Of a DNA stretch of 64,000 nt, positions 41,687-52,030 are shown one piece after another; position 1 is the stretch's first letter; every line of letters begins with the position of its first letter. The translations under genes and the position numbers were made by a program. The DNA is from Octopus vulgaris (Eukaryota), in the NCBI GenBank assembly GCA_951406725.2, contig OX597823.1, positions 37,758,001 to 37,822,000 of the forward strand, in the 5' to 3' direction. Below the pieces are notes generated by a model that saw nothing but the letters and a program-made list of their open reading frames with translations, was not told the DNA's origin and ran no database searches.

Positions 41687-44600
41687 TATTATTATTATTA
41701 TAATGATAATAATTTGTTTTCTCCAACATCTTTCAACAACTCTCTTATTGAAGAACCTTTTGAGTGTGATGGGATACTCAACCTGAAGAAAATTCTAACT
41801 AGGCCCAATCTGCAAGGTCATGCACTGTTTGTCTTGATGAGATCACCATGCTGTGCACATATGGCTGTGCTACATGTGCCTGGTGTACCCTGTTTAGACA
41901 GGTAGTCATGATGGGTATACTGGGCTTCATATACTTTACCCCAGTGTCACTTTGCTCTCCCACTCAGTAATAATAATAATAGTGATGCAGCACTAGGTAG
42001 TGGTTCTCATGGCTTCTGATTTTAACTTATTGGAAGGGTTAGCACTTATATATTTTGACTTGGCATAAAGGATGGGCTACAGCAAATATTCTGCTCAATA
42101 TCACAAATTTACTCGTCAGCTGCTTGACCATAACCACCTGAGCATGTCCCTTAGTAACCAACAACATGTGCATCTCTGAGCATGAGCAAGCGTAGTAGGG
42201 GAGCGTACTAGCCATGTGTTGAGAGGAATTTGTTGGGGTTCGAATAATTCACCACTGGAAACATGGGTATTTTGTTTATCATCCTTAAACAAACCTTTCA
42301 AATCATCATATTATCTTACAATAAGATAAACATATTGGATAATGTAATCCTAGATACACTAGACCTGAAAATAAAATGAGATGGTCATGGTTGGAATGCC
42401 TTTGATAATAGATCTGTTCAAAGAAGGTTGATTGAGGATTAAACAATAGCCAGTCCTCACAACATATACCAATGTAATTATGTTATTTACATCTATTAAT
42501 TCATGATTTAATAATGTTTCTGAATTGTTTTATTTTGCACTTTTTGTAAAATATTTTTGTTTTTGGACATGTTCTTGTATAGCAAGTGTTTTGATTTGAG
42601 ATTGTGTGCTGAAACTAAAGTGATTACAGTGTGGAAGACATAAGTTGGCCATTCAGAAACACACAGAGATAGTCAACTTCACTGAAACATTTATTTGTAA
42701 TATGATGTTAAAATTTTCATCACTCAAAACTGCAACCTGTCCACTGGCAAAATTGTGCTATTTTGAGCAACAAAAATTTTCATATTTTACAAATAAATAT
42801 TTAAGTGAAGTTGATGGTTGTTGTGTGTTTCTGAATGGCTAACTGATGTTGTTTTTTTGTCTTAAACTAATTTTTGTTTGTTCTTGATTTTCAGCCAGTG
42901 CCAACTGCAGGTGGACAAATTGGTTCTTTTTTGGTTGCTGTAAGTATCTGAAAATACTAATTTCAAATTTTGACACAAGGATAGCAAGTTCAGGGCAGGG
43001 GTTAAGTTGATTACATTGGCCCCAGTGTTCATTTGACACTTATTATTTTATTGATCCTGAAAGGATGAAAGGTAAAGCATACCGCAGTAGAATCTGAACT
43101 CAGAACTTGAAGATGGACAAAATGCTGCTAACAATTCTACTAGCTTGCTGCCTCAGTATCTAAAAATATTAACTCTTGTGTTGGACTTTCTAAGACTATC
43201 GAATGTTTTCTTTTGTAGATTATCTCTAATTCTTTATAGAAATATCTAATATTATTTCAAAGCTTGATGGTTACCTTGCTTGAAAACAGGTGAGAGTTGG
43301 CAACAAGAAGGACACCCAACCATAACAGAACTGACTCAACAAAGTTTATCTGACCTATGCAAGCATGGAAAAGTGGGTGTTAAAATAATGATGATGATGA
43401 TGATGATGATGCTTAAATTACTCATTATAATCACTAATTTGGGATGGAAAGAAAGCCAAGAGGTTCAAACTTGCTTTTAAATTAATGTTTACAATGTGTA
43501 ATAACATTTTACATTGATAATGTTAGTAGAAAATTCATTCATATAAACAGGTGGTAGAGAAATTACCTCCTCCATGTATTGTATCAGCTTTTTTTAAAGT
43601 TGTCAGGAGAATATTTAATGGAAGCCTTTAAATGTATTTGTTATTTTTATATTTTCTAGTTGAATGACGTTTTGGAAGGAACTGAAATTGTCTTCCCATT
43701 TGGCAATATTACAGCTACTGTAAAAAAGGTAAGCAATTGGCAAATTTACTCTCTCTCTCTCCCCCTCTCCCCTCTCTCTCTTTCTCTTCATCTCTCCCTG
43801 TCTCTCTCACTTCATCTTCTTTTTCTCTTATCAAAGGGTGGTGATGACTTAGGAAAATATAATGCAGGAAGGTCATGGCTGGAATGTCTTTGATCACAGG
43901 TCTGCGTAAGTCTAAATAGTAACACCACCATCATCACAACTACAGAAAAGACCCCAGTTTGTCCCTCCTATTGGTAAAGAAAGATAACAGAGACATAGCT
44001 CACAAGGTGAGAGAGCCTTGATAATAGATGAAAGAGATGTAAGAGAATGGTAATGGAGACAGTAATAGAGAGAACAGTGCTGGGAGTGGAAGTAATAGAG
44101 GGGAGAAGGAAAGAATAAAAGAATATATTTAGAAGGCCAATATGACTTTTAAGTTGAAAAAAAAATATCCACAGAGTGTGCAGGTTTGAAAAAACATTTT
44201 GTTTGCAAAATTCTGTCCTACTCTCCATACTACACAAGCTCTCTAGTGAGAATAAGACTTAATGCAGGATATCTATAAAGATATCCTGCATTAAGCATCA
44301 TCAACATGATCATTATCGTTTTAAGGTCCACTTTTCCTTGCTTCATTTGATCAGTGGGAGTTTATTGAAGAAGATTTTCATTAACTGGATACCCTTCCTG
44401 ACCCTAACTTTCACTTATTTCCTAGCAAGGTAATATTTCCCCATGGCCAGACATGTTTCCACAGAATACTGAAAATGAATGACACTGCTTGTATGACAGT
44501 GACACTCATTTACAACTATCAAGACAAAGTGCTACAAAGCTTAGGTGCATTACAATTCATTATTTTATATTGTTTTAACATTTTATTTTAAAATTTGACA

Positions 44601-47600
44601 ATGTTAATTTTAATGGAAACAATAATCAAAAACATTATCCTTTTTTTTCTTGGAACAGGGATCTGCCCTCTTCTGGTATGCTATTCATCTATACCCAGCA
44701 ATTTGCCCTATATCTCATGGTTCATTGTGGCGTAAGTTGACTCTCAGTATATTCTTCATTGATTTCACTCAAATAGTCACAACTATTGGTTGAGTATCAG
44801 TCTCTTGTTGTGTGTATATGTATGCATGAATTCAAGTATATGTGTATGTATGTATGTATATACATATATATGTATATGTGTGTATACACACACACACACA
44901 CACAAACACACATGCACATATAGACTGCAGTGTCTGTGGAGGTAAATGGTAATTATCAGTTAACTGTAAAATGCAAGCAATTATAAATAGAAATGATTTG
45001 CTTTGAGCTTTGACATATGATAGACTGTTATCTTTATCCATTAGCAAAGGCACAATGGAGACAAAAAGCGTTCTGTTTCCAACCATGATGAGGAAAAATT
45101 CTCTACTTTTACTGCAAGATTATTCAAGTGAATTCTTTGACTCATTGTAATAGAATTATTACGTTTATTAACAGCATAACACTATATGATGCTCCATATA
45201 TATGTTAAAGGTTATTCACAATTGTTATACAATCCCTGAAGATTTGATAATGAAATCTATTTATAAGGGGTTTTTGTTTTGTTTTTATAATAGATATTGT
45301 TGTTAATGAAATGTAAGATGATGTAATTAAATTATTTGTGAATACTCTCTCCAGTTTTGCTTTTTCCTATATGTAATCTATGATATTGCTATGGAGAATA
45401 GTGATTAGAAACTTAACTATAATTCACAAGATCTCTTTTTAGTTTTCTCTTTTGATATACATATAAGGATGTACTGGTTTTATCTATAATGCATTAAAAG
45501 TCAGCTTGAATCATGGCTGGCTGGTTGCTTGCTTGCTTGCTTGCAATGTTACCCAGCCCAACTGGCACATAATGGAGAAATACTATGAAATAGGTTTCCC
45601 CTGAAATGTAAACACAAATGGAATAAAATAAATTTTGCGTAAATTGGAAAAGTGGTTGTGAACATATTAGGAGTTTCAGGGTATAAATACCCAAAACAGT
45701 GCATAATTGGAAAATTCTCTGAAATTCACTTAATCTTGAAAGGGGAGAAACTGTTACCTTTCAATTAGTCACAGTGACTTGATAACAAAAAGATACAATT
45801 TGTTTTTTAACAGTAAATGTTTCTATTTTCGCTTTTGTTAAACACAGTATTTTAATCATTTAGAAATGTTTTAAAGTGAATGTGATTTCAAAAATATAAG
45901 TTGTTTGTACAGTAAGTATTTATATTTTAGCTTTCTTTAAACAGACAATAACCTAACGTTTTTAAATTTATTTTCAAGTAAATACCTTTATAAAAATTCT
46001 TTTTGGCATATTTAAAAAATATTTTAAAGTGAAAATGATGGTAAATATTTCGTAAAAGACCTGTTAACCTCAGGAAGAAATAATTTCTTTCCATAGGTTT
46101 TTTGCAAGTGCATTCACTGTATCTCACCTCCAAAGATTTGGCTGCTATTTCTAGCAAGCCCTGCTACTGCATAACAGTTATTTGCGATAAAGGACCTGAA
46201 ATATCTGTTACGTGGTAGCAGAGCATGCAAGAAATAGCAGCCACATCTTTGCTTTTCTGGGGAAAGGAGTTGTTTACGCGTGATTTCGATGTCACATTCA
46301 TGTGAAAGCATGTGAAATAACCTGGAAAAGAAAAAAAACCCCATGAAACAAAACTCCATTGCTGGGAAACTCAGGCTTTCCCAGTACCCAACAGGTCAAG
46401 GGTAGTCTAGTGTCATATAATTTTAATTAAAATTACACTATATTGTTAAATGTGTGTGTGATTTTGTACATACATACATACATACATACATACATACATG
46501 TGTATATATGTATGTGTATAAAGTCATATTATTAACGTTATATACAGTAATATTAAGGTGGCTAGCAAGTTCACACGTTTACAGGTACAATATGTTGTAA
46601 TTTAAGAAAAGTATGGTATAAATACCACTTGCTAAAAGCAAAGCCATAGCTAAAAAGAAAAAAAACACCATAAAAATTATGATAAAGATACACATGAGCA
46701 ATGCATTTAACATTTATTTCTAAAATTTTTCTAAAAATTTAACATCTATTTCTAAAATATTCACTACATTAGCTCATGTGCATTTCTAACTTTAGAAATA
46801 GATGTTAAATGCTATTTTCAACTGAAGATCACAAAGCATGTTTATAATGCAAAGTGTGAAATCAATTGGTATTGAAATATGTATTACTTATCTTTGTATT
46901 CCATTCAGAGGTAAGCCTATTTCTGAAGTGTTCATTGCATTGCTCATGTGTAATTTTTATTGTAATTTTTATGGTGTTTTTTTTTTGAGCTATGGCTTTG
47001 ATTTTAGTAAGTGCTAGTTATACCCTATTTTTCTTAAATTACTGTATATTGTGCCTGTAAAGGACTGAACTTGCTAGCCACCTTATTATTACTGTATATA
47101 ATGGTAATAATACGACTTTTATTTAAATTTTTCTTGTTTATGATAGTTTCTTTTAAGTGGAGCAGGACATTTAAAGTTAGAAATGCACATGAGCTAACAT
47201 AGTGAATATTTTAGAAATAGATGTTAAATGCTATTTTCAACTGAAGATTGCAAAGCATGAAATCAGTTGGTATTGAAACATGTATTACTTATCTTTGTAT
47301 TCCAGTCAGAGGTAAGCCTATTTCTGAAGTGTTCATTGCATTGCTCATGTGTATCTTTATAATTTTTATAGTGATTTTTTTTTTACCTATGGCTTTGATT
47401 TTAGTAAGTGGTATTTATATCCTACTTTCCTTAAATTACTATGTATGTATATATATACTGACCACTTAAAAGTGGATGTTGCAATAGAACACACAAATAC
47501 TGTAATATTTACCAACAGAGAAAACTCTCATATGCTTATTCGGTGTATAAAAGCATATCATAGCTATCATCTGCAGCAGACAATCACTGCTGCTTCTACT

Positions 47601-48812
47601 GCCAGGACCACCAGATCACATGATTTCATCCTCTTTTTGTGTATATGTATGTTGTCTGCATGTATATATATGTGTGTGTGTATGTGTGTGTGTGTGTGTG
47701 TGTGTGAGTGTGTGTGTGTGCGTGTATTGAGGCGCAATGACCCAGTGGTTAGGGCAGCAGACTCGCGGTCGTGGGATCGTGGTTTCGATTCCGAGATCAG
47801 GTGTTGTGAGTGTTTATTGAGCAAAAACATCTAAAGCTCCATGAGGCTCTGGCAGGGGTGGTGGTGAACCCTGCTGTATTCTTTCACCACAACTTTCTCT
47901 CACTCTGTCTTCCTCTTCCTATGTCTGTTATACCTATATTTCAAAGTGCCACACTGTATCATGCTGAATCTCCCCGAGAACTATGTTAAGAGTACATGTG
48001 TCTGTGGAGTGGTCAGCAACTTACACGTTAATTTCACGAGCAGGCTGTTCCGTTGATTGGATCAATTGAAACCCTTGTCATCATAACTGAGGGAGTGTCA
48101 CGACAATGTTGTATATATGTATGTATAAGTTTATGTTTGTATGTGTTTCCATGTTTATATGTATATCTATGTTTGGCTTAATATGCAGGATTATTGAATC
48201 ACATCCAGTTAATATTGTGTTTTGCACCCAAAGCAAAGATACTAAACAATTGCCGGATTAGTTTAACTGAATATAGATACCATACAGAGGTGCAATTTAA
48301 TTTCACAACCAGTGGAAGCACTGAATAATTGATATGAGGTGATGGCCTTCAAATATTAATGTTCACTGTCTTTCTTCATCTGGATATGCCATAAAACATG
48401 ATTATCACACTAAGAATAGACTGAACAGAACAGGAGACATATGGGCTAGAGAGTTGCTGAAGAGGTCCCAGGATGTGTATGAAAAATTTCCAGACAAAAG
48501 GACATAAAATAAGAATAATAATAAGCAAGTGAAGAGTGAATATATAGTGCTTGTGTTTATTTGTCAAGAAGAAAAAAATGACCATAGTGAAATATATCAA
48601 TAAACTAAGAATGTTTATAAATATTGTTGAGAAATGAACAAAAACTACATTTTCTTTAAATTACAGTTGCCTCTATTGGGTACTATGAAGGCAAAGCTAA
48701 TTACTGTCGAATGACACAGAGAAGAGCATGGGACTTGCGATGGCGACCACAAAAGAAACGGAAACCACAAGTAACTATGAGTAATACTGTTAATGAAAAT
48801 AAAAAATCTTAA
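23716..48812 (+). CDS. P4HA: Prolyl 4-hydroxylase alpha-like gene, 13 coding exons (1662 nt, 553 aa), probably catalytically inactive
   Basis: Exons 23716-23957, 24725-24882, 27424-27782, 32692-32743, 34033-34184, 36532-36696, 37260-37306, 39583-39691, 41469-41513, 42895-42939, 43660-43728, 44659-44731, 48667-48812 all have AG/GT boundaries and compatible phases, with no internal stop. Motifs [61 protein letters not shown] are colinear with P4HA. Confidence 0.88.
24725..24882 (+). CDS. P4HA: P4HA-like coding exon 2
   Basis: ttttcag acceptor; [21 protein letters not shown] matches the P4Ha_N motif; donor GTTTGT, phase 1. Confidence 0.92.
25466..25683. repeat. ~66-bp inverted repeat with ~86-bp spacer
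   Basis: 25466-25531 is the near-exact reverse complement of 25618-25683. Confidence 0.9.
25941..26024 (+). ncRNA. Minimal type I hammerhead ribozyme motif
   Basis: gacc-CTGATGA-[long stem II with cattaac/gttaatg]-GAAA-tgcatg-TA-ggtc. Confidence 0.62.
26881..27110. mobile_element. pogo/Tigger-like MITE
   Basis: TA-flanked; termini cagtaatccct / aggaattactg. Confidence 0.72.
27424..27782 (+). CDS. P4HA: P4HA-like coding exon 3
   Basis: cttag acceptor; [18 protein letters not shown] and [10 protein letters not shown] (start of TPR-like domain); donor GTGAGA, phase 0. Confidence 0.92.
28195..28495. repeat. (GAT)n and (TATG)n microsatellites
   Basis: Directly visible. Confidence 0.95.
28661..29200 (-). 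mobile_element. RTE-type LINE 3' end with a duplicated ~95-bp segment
   Basis: Family sequence; acatgccaccggcactggta...gtcttcacaag.agagtttt present twice. Confidence 0.82.
29792..30240 (-). mobile_element. Tc1/mariner-superfamily relic
   Basis: ta-cagagt terminus; - strand [18 protein letters not shown]. Confidence 0.6.
30990..31310 (+). mobile_element. maT-type (DD37D) transposase fragment
   Basis: QDSAPCH..., [16 protein letters not shown]; same family as 54512-55781. Confidence 0.75.
31620..31990 (-). mobile_element. Possible highly decayed Penelope-like GIY-YIG 3' end
   Basis: QYYIG-like stretch on - strand; no continuous frame. Confidence 0.25.
32692..32743 (+). CDS. P4HA: P4HA-like coding exon 4
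   Basis: tcag acceptor; [20 protein letters not shown] helix; donor GTAAGT, phase 1. Confidence 0.87.
34033..34184 (+). CDS. P4HA: P4HA-like coding exon 5
   Basis: tgtag acceptor; [15 protein letters not shown]...YEKLC; donor GTAAAT, phase 0. Confidence 0.92.
36061..36168 (+). repeat. Inverted repeat containing a variant hammerhead-like motif
   Basis: 36061-36110 mirrors ~36121-36168; aactgt-CCGATGA-tggc..gcc-aaaac...acagtt. Confidence 0.55.
36532..36696 (+). CDS. P4HA: P4HA-like coding exon 6
   Basis: aacag acceptor; RLYCYL...[18 protein letters not shown]; donor GTGAGA, phase 0. Confidence 0.92.
37260..37306 (+). CDS. P4HA: P4HA-like coding exon 7 (short, divergent)
   Basis: Only candidate I found that supplies the required phase 0 to phase 2 bridge; pyrimidine tract + aacag; [16 protein letters not shown]; donor GTTTGT; little sequence similarity. 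Confidence 0.65.
38787..39130 (+). mobile_element. Penelope-like element fragment (linker + start of GIY-YIG endonuclease)
   Basis: [16 protein letters not shown]...IFNR...INYSC then [27 protein letters not shown]...[15 protein letters not shown]. Confidence 0.8.
39583..39691 (+). CDS. P4HA: P4HA-like coding exon 8
   Basis: strong tttctttttcag acceptor; ISLDTRMK...PPLESSVME in the position of SAWL...AEELQ; donor GTTTGT, phase 0. Confidence 0.78.
39885..40276. mobile_element. hAT-type MITE with nested SINE tail
   Basis: TIR caggaatcagcaaact / agtttgctgaactctg; imperfect 8-bp TSD ttctaaaa / ttctagat. Confidence 0.7.
41469..41513 (+). CDS. P4HA: P4HA-like coding exon 9 (HxD position, substituted)
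   Basis: ttttacag acceptor; [15 protein letters not shown] aligns without gaps to VANYGVGGQYEPHFD; donor GTAAGT. Confidence 0.88.
41521..41712. repeat. Compound trinucleotide microsatellite (CTA)n(CTG)n(ATA)n(ATT)n
   Basis: Directly visible, starts just after the exon 9 donor. Confidence 0.95.
42895..42939 (+). CDS. P4HA: P4HA-like coding exon 10
   Basis: ttttcag acceptor; [15 protein letters not shown] aligns to GNRIATWLFY; donor GTAAGT. Confidence 0.82.
43660..43728 (+). CDS. P4HA: P4HA-like coding exon 11
   Basis: ttctag acceptor; [23 protein letters not shown]; 69 nt, same length as the paralogous - strand exon; donor GTAAGC. Confidence 0.92.
44659..44731 (+). CDS. P4HA: P4HA-like coding exon 12
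   Basis: aacag acceptor; [24 protein letters not shown]; donor GTAAGT, phase 1. Confidence 0.9.
45483..46410 (+). mobile_element. Non-autonomous Helitron-like element
   Basis: a/TCtataat 5' end; subterminal hairpins ctgggaaa..tttcccag and accc..gggt; CTAG/t 3' end. Confidence 0.6.
46816..46877 (+). ncRNA. Type I minimal hammerhead ribozyme, copy 1
   Basis: tttcaa-CTGAAGA-t-cac..gcat..atgc..gtg-t-GAAA-tcaattgg-TA-ttgaaa; 6-bp stem I, palindromic stem III, GUA triplet. Confidence 0.75.
47235..47278 (+). ncRNA. Type I minimal hammerhead ribozyme, copy 2
   Basis: tttcaa-CTGAAGA-t-tgc-aaa-gca-t-GAAA-tcagttgg-TA-ttgaaa. Confidence 0.75.
47731..48105 (+). mobile_element. tRNA-derived SINE (tRNA-Arg-like head)
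   Basis: ggcgcaatgacccagtggttagggcagcagactcgcggtc...ggtttcgattcc with A/B boxes, followed by ~300 bp of non-tRNA body. Confidence 0.8.
48667..48812 (+). CDS. P4HA: P4HA-like terminal coding exon (best candidate)
   Basis: ttacag acceptor in matching phase; [14 protein letters not shown]...NKKS-stop supplies a C-terminal Cys; similarity is weak. Confidence 0.65.
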
Positions 48813-49089
48813 TAATCTCTACAATTAATTCCTTTGTTTTTGTTGTTCTCTTTTAGTCATCTGTTCTCATTATAAATTTCTTTAAAGCAATTCTTGGTGC
48901 ATCTATGTGCTGGAAATTTAAAAAAAAAAACCCCCAGAAAACTGCATTCATGGCCTGTAAGCAATACAAAGTTACATTCACATATTTGACTGTTTGGGTT
49001 CAATTCCTTGACTGAAAATCAGCAGCAGTAATTTAGTGACAGTGAGAATCAATGCCTAAATTTTTTTTTCTTTTTAAAAAAAAAAATCC

Positions 49090-51500
49090 TCAAACAAACT
49101 GAGAAAGTTTTTTTGGGAAATGTACAATTTTGCCACTTCTAGTTTTCTTTACATTTGTAGGTGATTTTAGAATTGATTTCGCTTTTCCCTCAACATCGGA
49201 TTTGTCTTTTTCTATATCATTTTGTTTCACGTTGTGTTGATGTGTGTTGCTCATATCTCCGTTTTCATGACATGGATATTGGTTGAAATAAGCTTTTTTT
49301 ACTCTGTCGACACTGACAATTTCTTTCTTTCCATTCATTTCCAAAGTCATGGTTTTGTCTGTAACTGATAAGACTTTAAAAGGTCCGGTGTATTTATATT
49401 TCAGTGAATTATGAGCTGCATCGTTACGGACATACACATGTGTCCAAGATTTTATATCCGAAGGAAGAAAGCTTTTAACATTTTGCAATTTTCTTGTAAA
49501 AGAAGGAATATCAGTAAGAAATCTTTTTAGACGAGTTACATAATCATTAACATCTCCATTGAAAAAATTAGTTTCTTCGAACATTTGATCAGGTAGAGTT
49601 AATGTTGTTCCGTACAAAAGTTCAGCCAGAGAATATTGTAAATTCTCTTTAACAGCACTTCTAATTCCTAACAACACTACTGGTAAGGCCTCTAGCCAAC
49701 TGTTAGAATCAGAATAGGTTCTTAATGAAGATTTCAACTGTCTATGGAACCTTTCTACCATTCCGTTAGACTGTGGGTGATATGAAGTTGTACGAATTCT
49801 ATTAATTCCCAACAATTTATTGAATTCTGCGAACAAGTTAGACTCAAATTGTCTACCACGATCTGTTGTCACTGTATTTGGGATGCCAAATTTAGACATC
49901 CAATTGGTAAATAAGGTTTTTGCTATAGTTACTGCAGATACGTCTTTTATCAGATAAGCCTCGGGCCATCTCGAAAAGCGATCAACACACGTCAACAAAT
50001 ACATATTATCCTCACATACATATTATCTTATGGAGGTAAGGGTCCAACTATATCGATGTGGATATGTTGGAATCTTGCATCCGGATTTGCAAACGTACCT
50101 AATGGTGCTTTGATATGACGCTGCACTTTGGATTTCTGACATTGTATACATGACTTTACCAATGAACGAATATCCTTATTCATACCAGGCCAAACAAAAC
50201 GACTTGATATTAATTTTAACGAAGCTTCTATACCTGGATGAGATAAATTATGTAAGCTAGAAAAAACATTTTTTTAATGCTTTTCAGGCACAAATGGTCT
50301 TGAAAAACCTGTAGAAATATCACACCAAATATGTGAATTACACGAATGTATCGGCAACATTTTAAATTTTAAAGCAGTTGAATCGGAATTTTTATATAAA
50401 GAAAATTCCTTATCTGCAACTTGATCCTTAGACATTTCTTCCAAATTTATAGTGTTTAATGAGTTTAATACATCTACATTCATTCTAGAAAGTGCATCTG
50501 CTACTGAATTTTCAACACCCTTGATATAACGTATATCCACAGTAAACTGTGAAATAAAATCAAGGTGTCTAACTTCTCTCAGAGAATATTTCTCCGAAGA
50601 ATTTTTTAACGCATATGTTAATGGTTTATGGTCAGTGAATAAAGTAAATGACCTACCTTCAAGAAGATGTCTGAAATGTTTAATTGACAAATAAGCTGCC
50701 AACAATTCTCTGCTGAACACACTGTATTTAGTTTCTGGTGCCTTGAATTTTTTTGAAAAAAAAATGCTAATGGTTGCCAGGAATTACAATGAAATTGCTG
50801 TAGAACGCCACCGATTCCAACATCGGAAGCATCAACCATGAATGATAATTTCGCTTCAGGAACCTAATGGTTTAAAAGCATTGCTTTACACAGTTTCTCT
50901 TTAATTTATTTAAAAGCTTGTAATTCTGTTTCTTTTAAAGTTATGGCTTCATTTTTTCTTCTATTTTTCAATAGCTCAGTTAAGGGATATAGGGTTTCCG
51001 TAACTTTAGGAATAAACTTTCTGTAAAAATTAACTATCCCTAAAAATTCTCTGAACTTCCTTAAATTATTTGGTACAGGAAAGTTTTTTATTGCTTCAAC
51101 TTTTTCTGGTAATGGGCAAATTCCATCTTTATCTATAAGATGACCCAAAAAAGATATAGTTGTTTCACCAAAAACACATTTCAATGGATTTATCACAATG
51201 CCAAAATTCGTCAATCTTTCGAAAATTTTTTAAAATGTTCTTTATGTGTTTCTTCTGATGGACTGGCAATGAGAATATCATCTATATAAGCAAATACGAA
51301 AGGTAAATCTCGTGTTACCTTGTCCATGAATCTTTGAAAAGTATTTGCTGCGTTCCTCAATCCGAAAGGCATGCGAAGAAATTCAAATAAACCAAATGGA
51401 GTGGTAATGGCTGTCTTCGGTATATCATTTTCTGCCACAGGAATTTGATTGTATGCTCTGACTAAATCAATTTTTGAAAAAATAGTACAACCATGAGATT
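49090..51500 (-). mobile_element. Gypsy/Ty3 pol relic (RT, RNase H, integrase), no LTR seen
   Basis: [85 protein letters not shown]; several frameshifts and stops. Confidence 0.95.
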
Positions 51501-51699
51501 CCTGACTACGTTTTGGGCTTTGCTCAAAATCTTCACTTAAAACATGGAACCTATTGGGTGATAAAATTTGCTATGAATGTTCATGTGAGAAGTTATAATT
51601 TTTAGTTGTCTTTCTATAGATAATCCATTTTTGGGTAGGTGATAGAATGTGAGTGACTTCTGTGGTTTTTGTTGACATTTGAAAAACCTTGTTTTCGAG

Positions 51700-52030
51700 A
51701 CAAAATCTTAAATGTGCTCACATTTTTGACTGATCAAATAAAAACTTCTCCTGAGCATTTCTAATGACCAGTTCAAATGCATATGTTGGAGCAAAAAGGC
51801 CACAGTCATATGTGCCAACTTGGGGATTTGTTATATGAACTTGTTCAACTGTAGGAACACTGTTTGTTTGTGATGAGTAAAACATTGTTATATGTGCTAT
51901 TAGTTCCTGCGAAATTGGTAAGTTCAAACTGTCATAAATATAAACATCTCTGAGAAATTGGTCAACAAAGCAAAATGATTGATCCTGGTGTGATGAATGA
52001 ACAGAGTGCGGTGTTGGAAATTTCATATGA
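51700..52030 (-). pseudogene. Ulp1/SENP-like cysteine protease fragment, probably transposon-derived
   Basis: VYIYDSL...QVGTYDCGLFAPTYA...FDQSKM resembles the Q-x(4)-DCGLFA catalytic Cys motif. Confidence 0.5.

Larger units (their letters stand above)
46523..47442 (+). mobile_element. Non-autonomous Penelope/retrozyme-like element: inverted partial copy plus two direct copies
   Basis: ~46791-47045 repeats at ~47210-47442; 46523-46792 is reverse-complementary to parts of the unit; no ORF. Confidence 0.75.

Noticed and set aside
45355-45490. Alternative terminal exons for the + strand P4HA-like gene
   Set aside because: Phase-compatible acceptors near 45355 and 45443 give very short, unalignable tails; 48667 fits better, though not proven
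47731-47805. tRNA gene
   Set aside because: No complete acceptor stem, and it continues into a SINE body
23716-48812. Calling the + strand P4HA copy a pseudogene
   Set aside because: No stops or frameshifts, canonical splice sites and only in-frame deletions despite strong divergence
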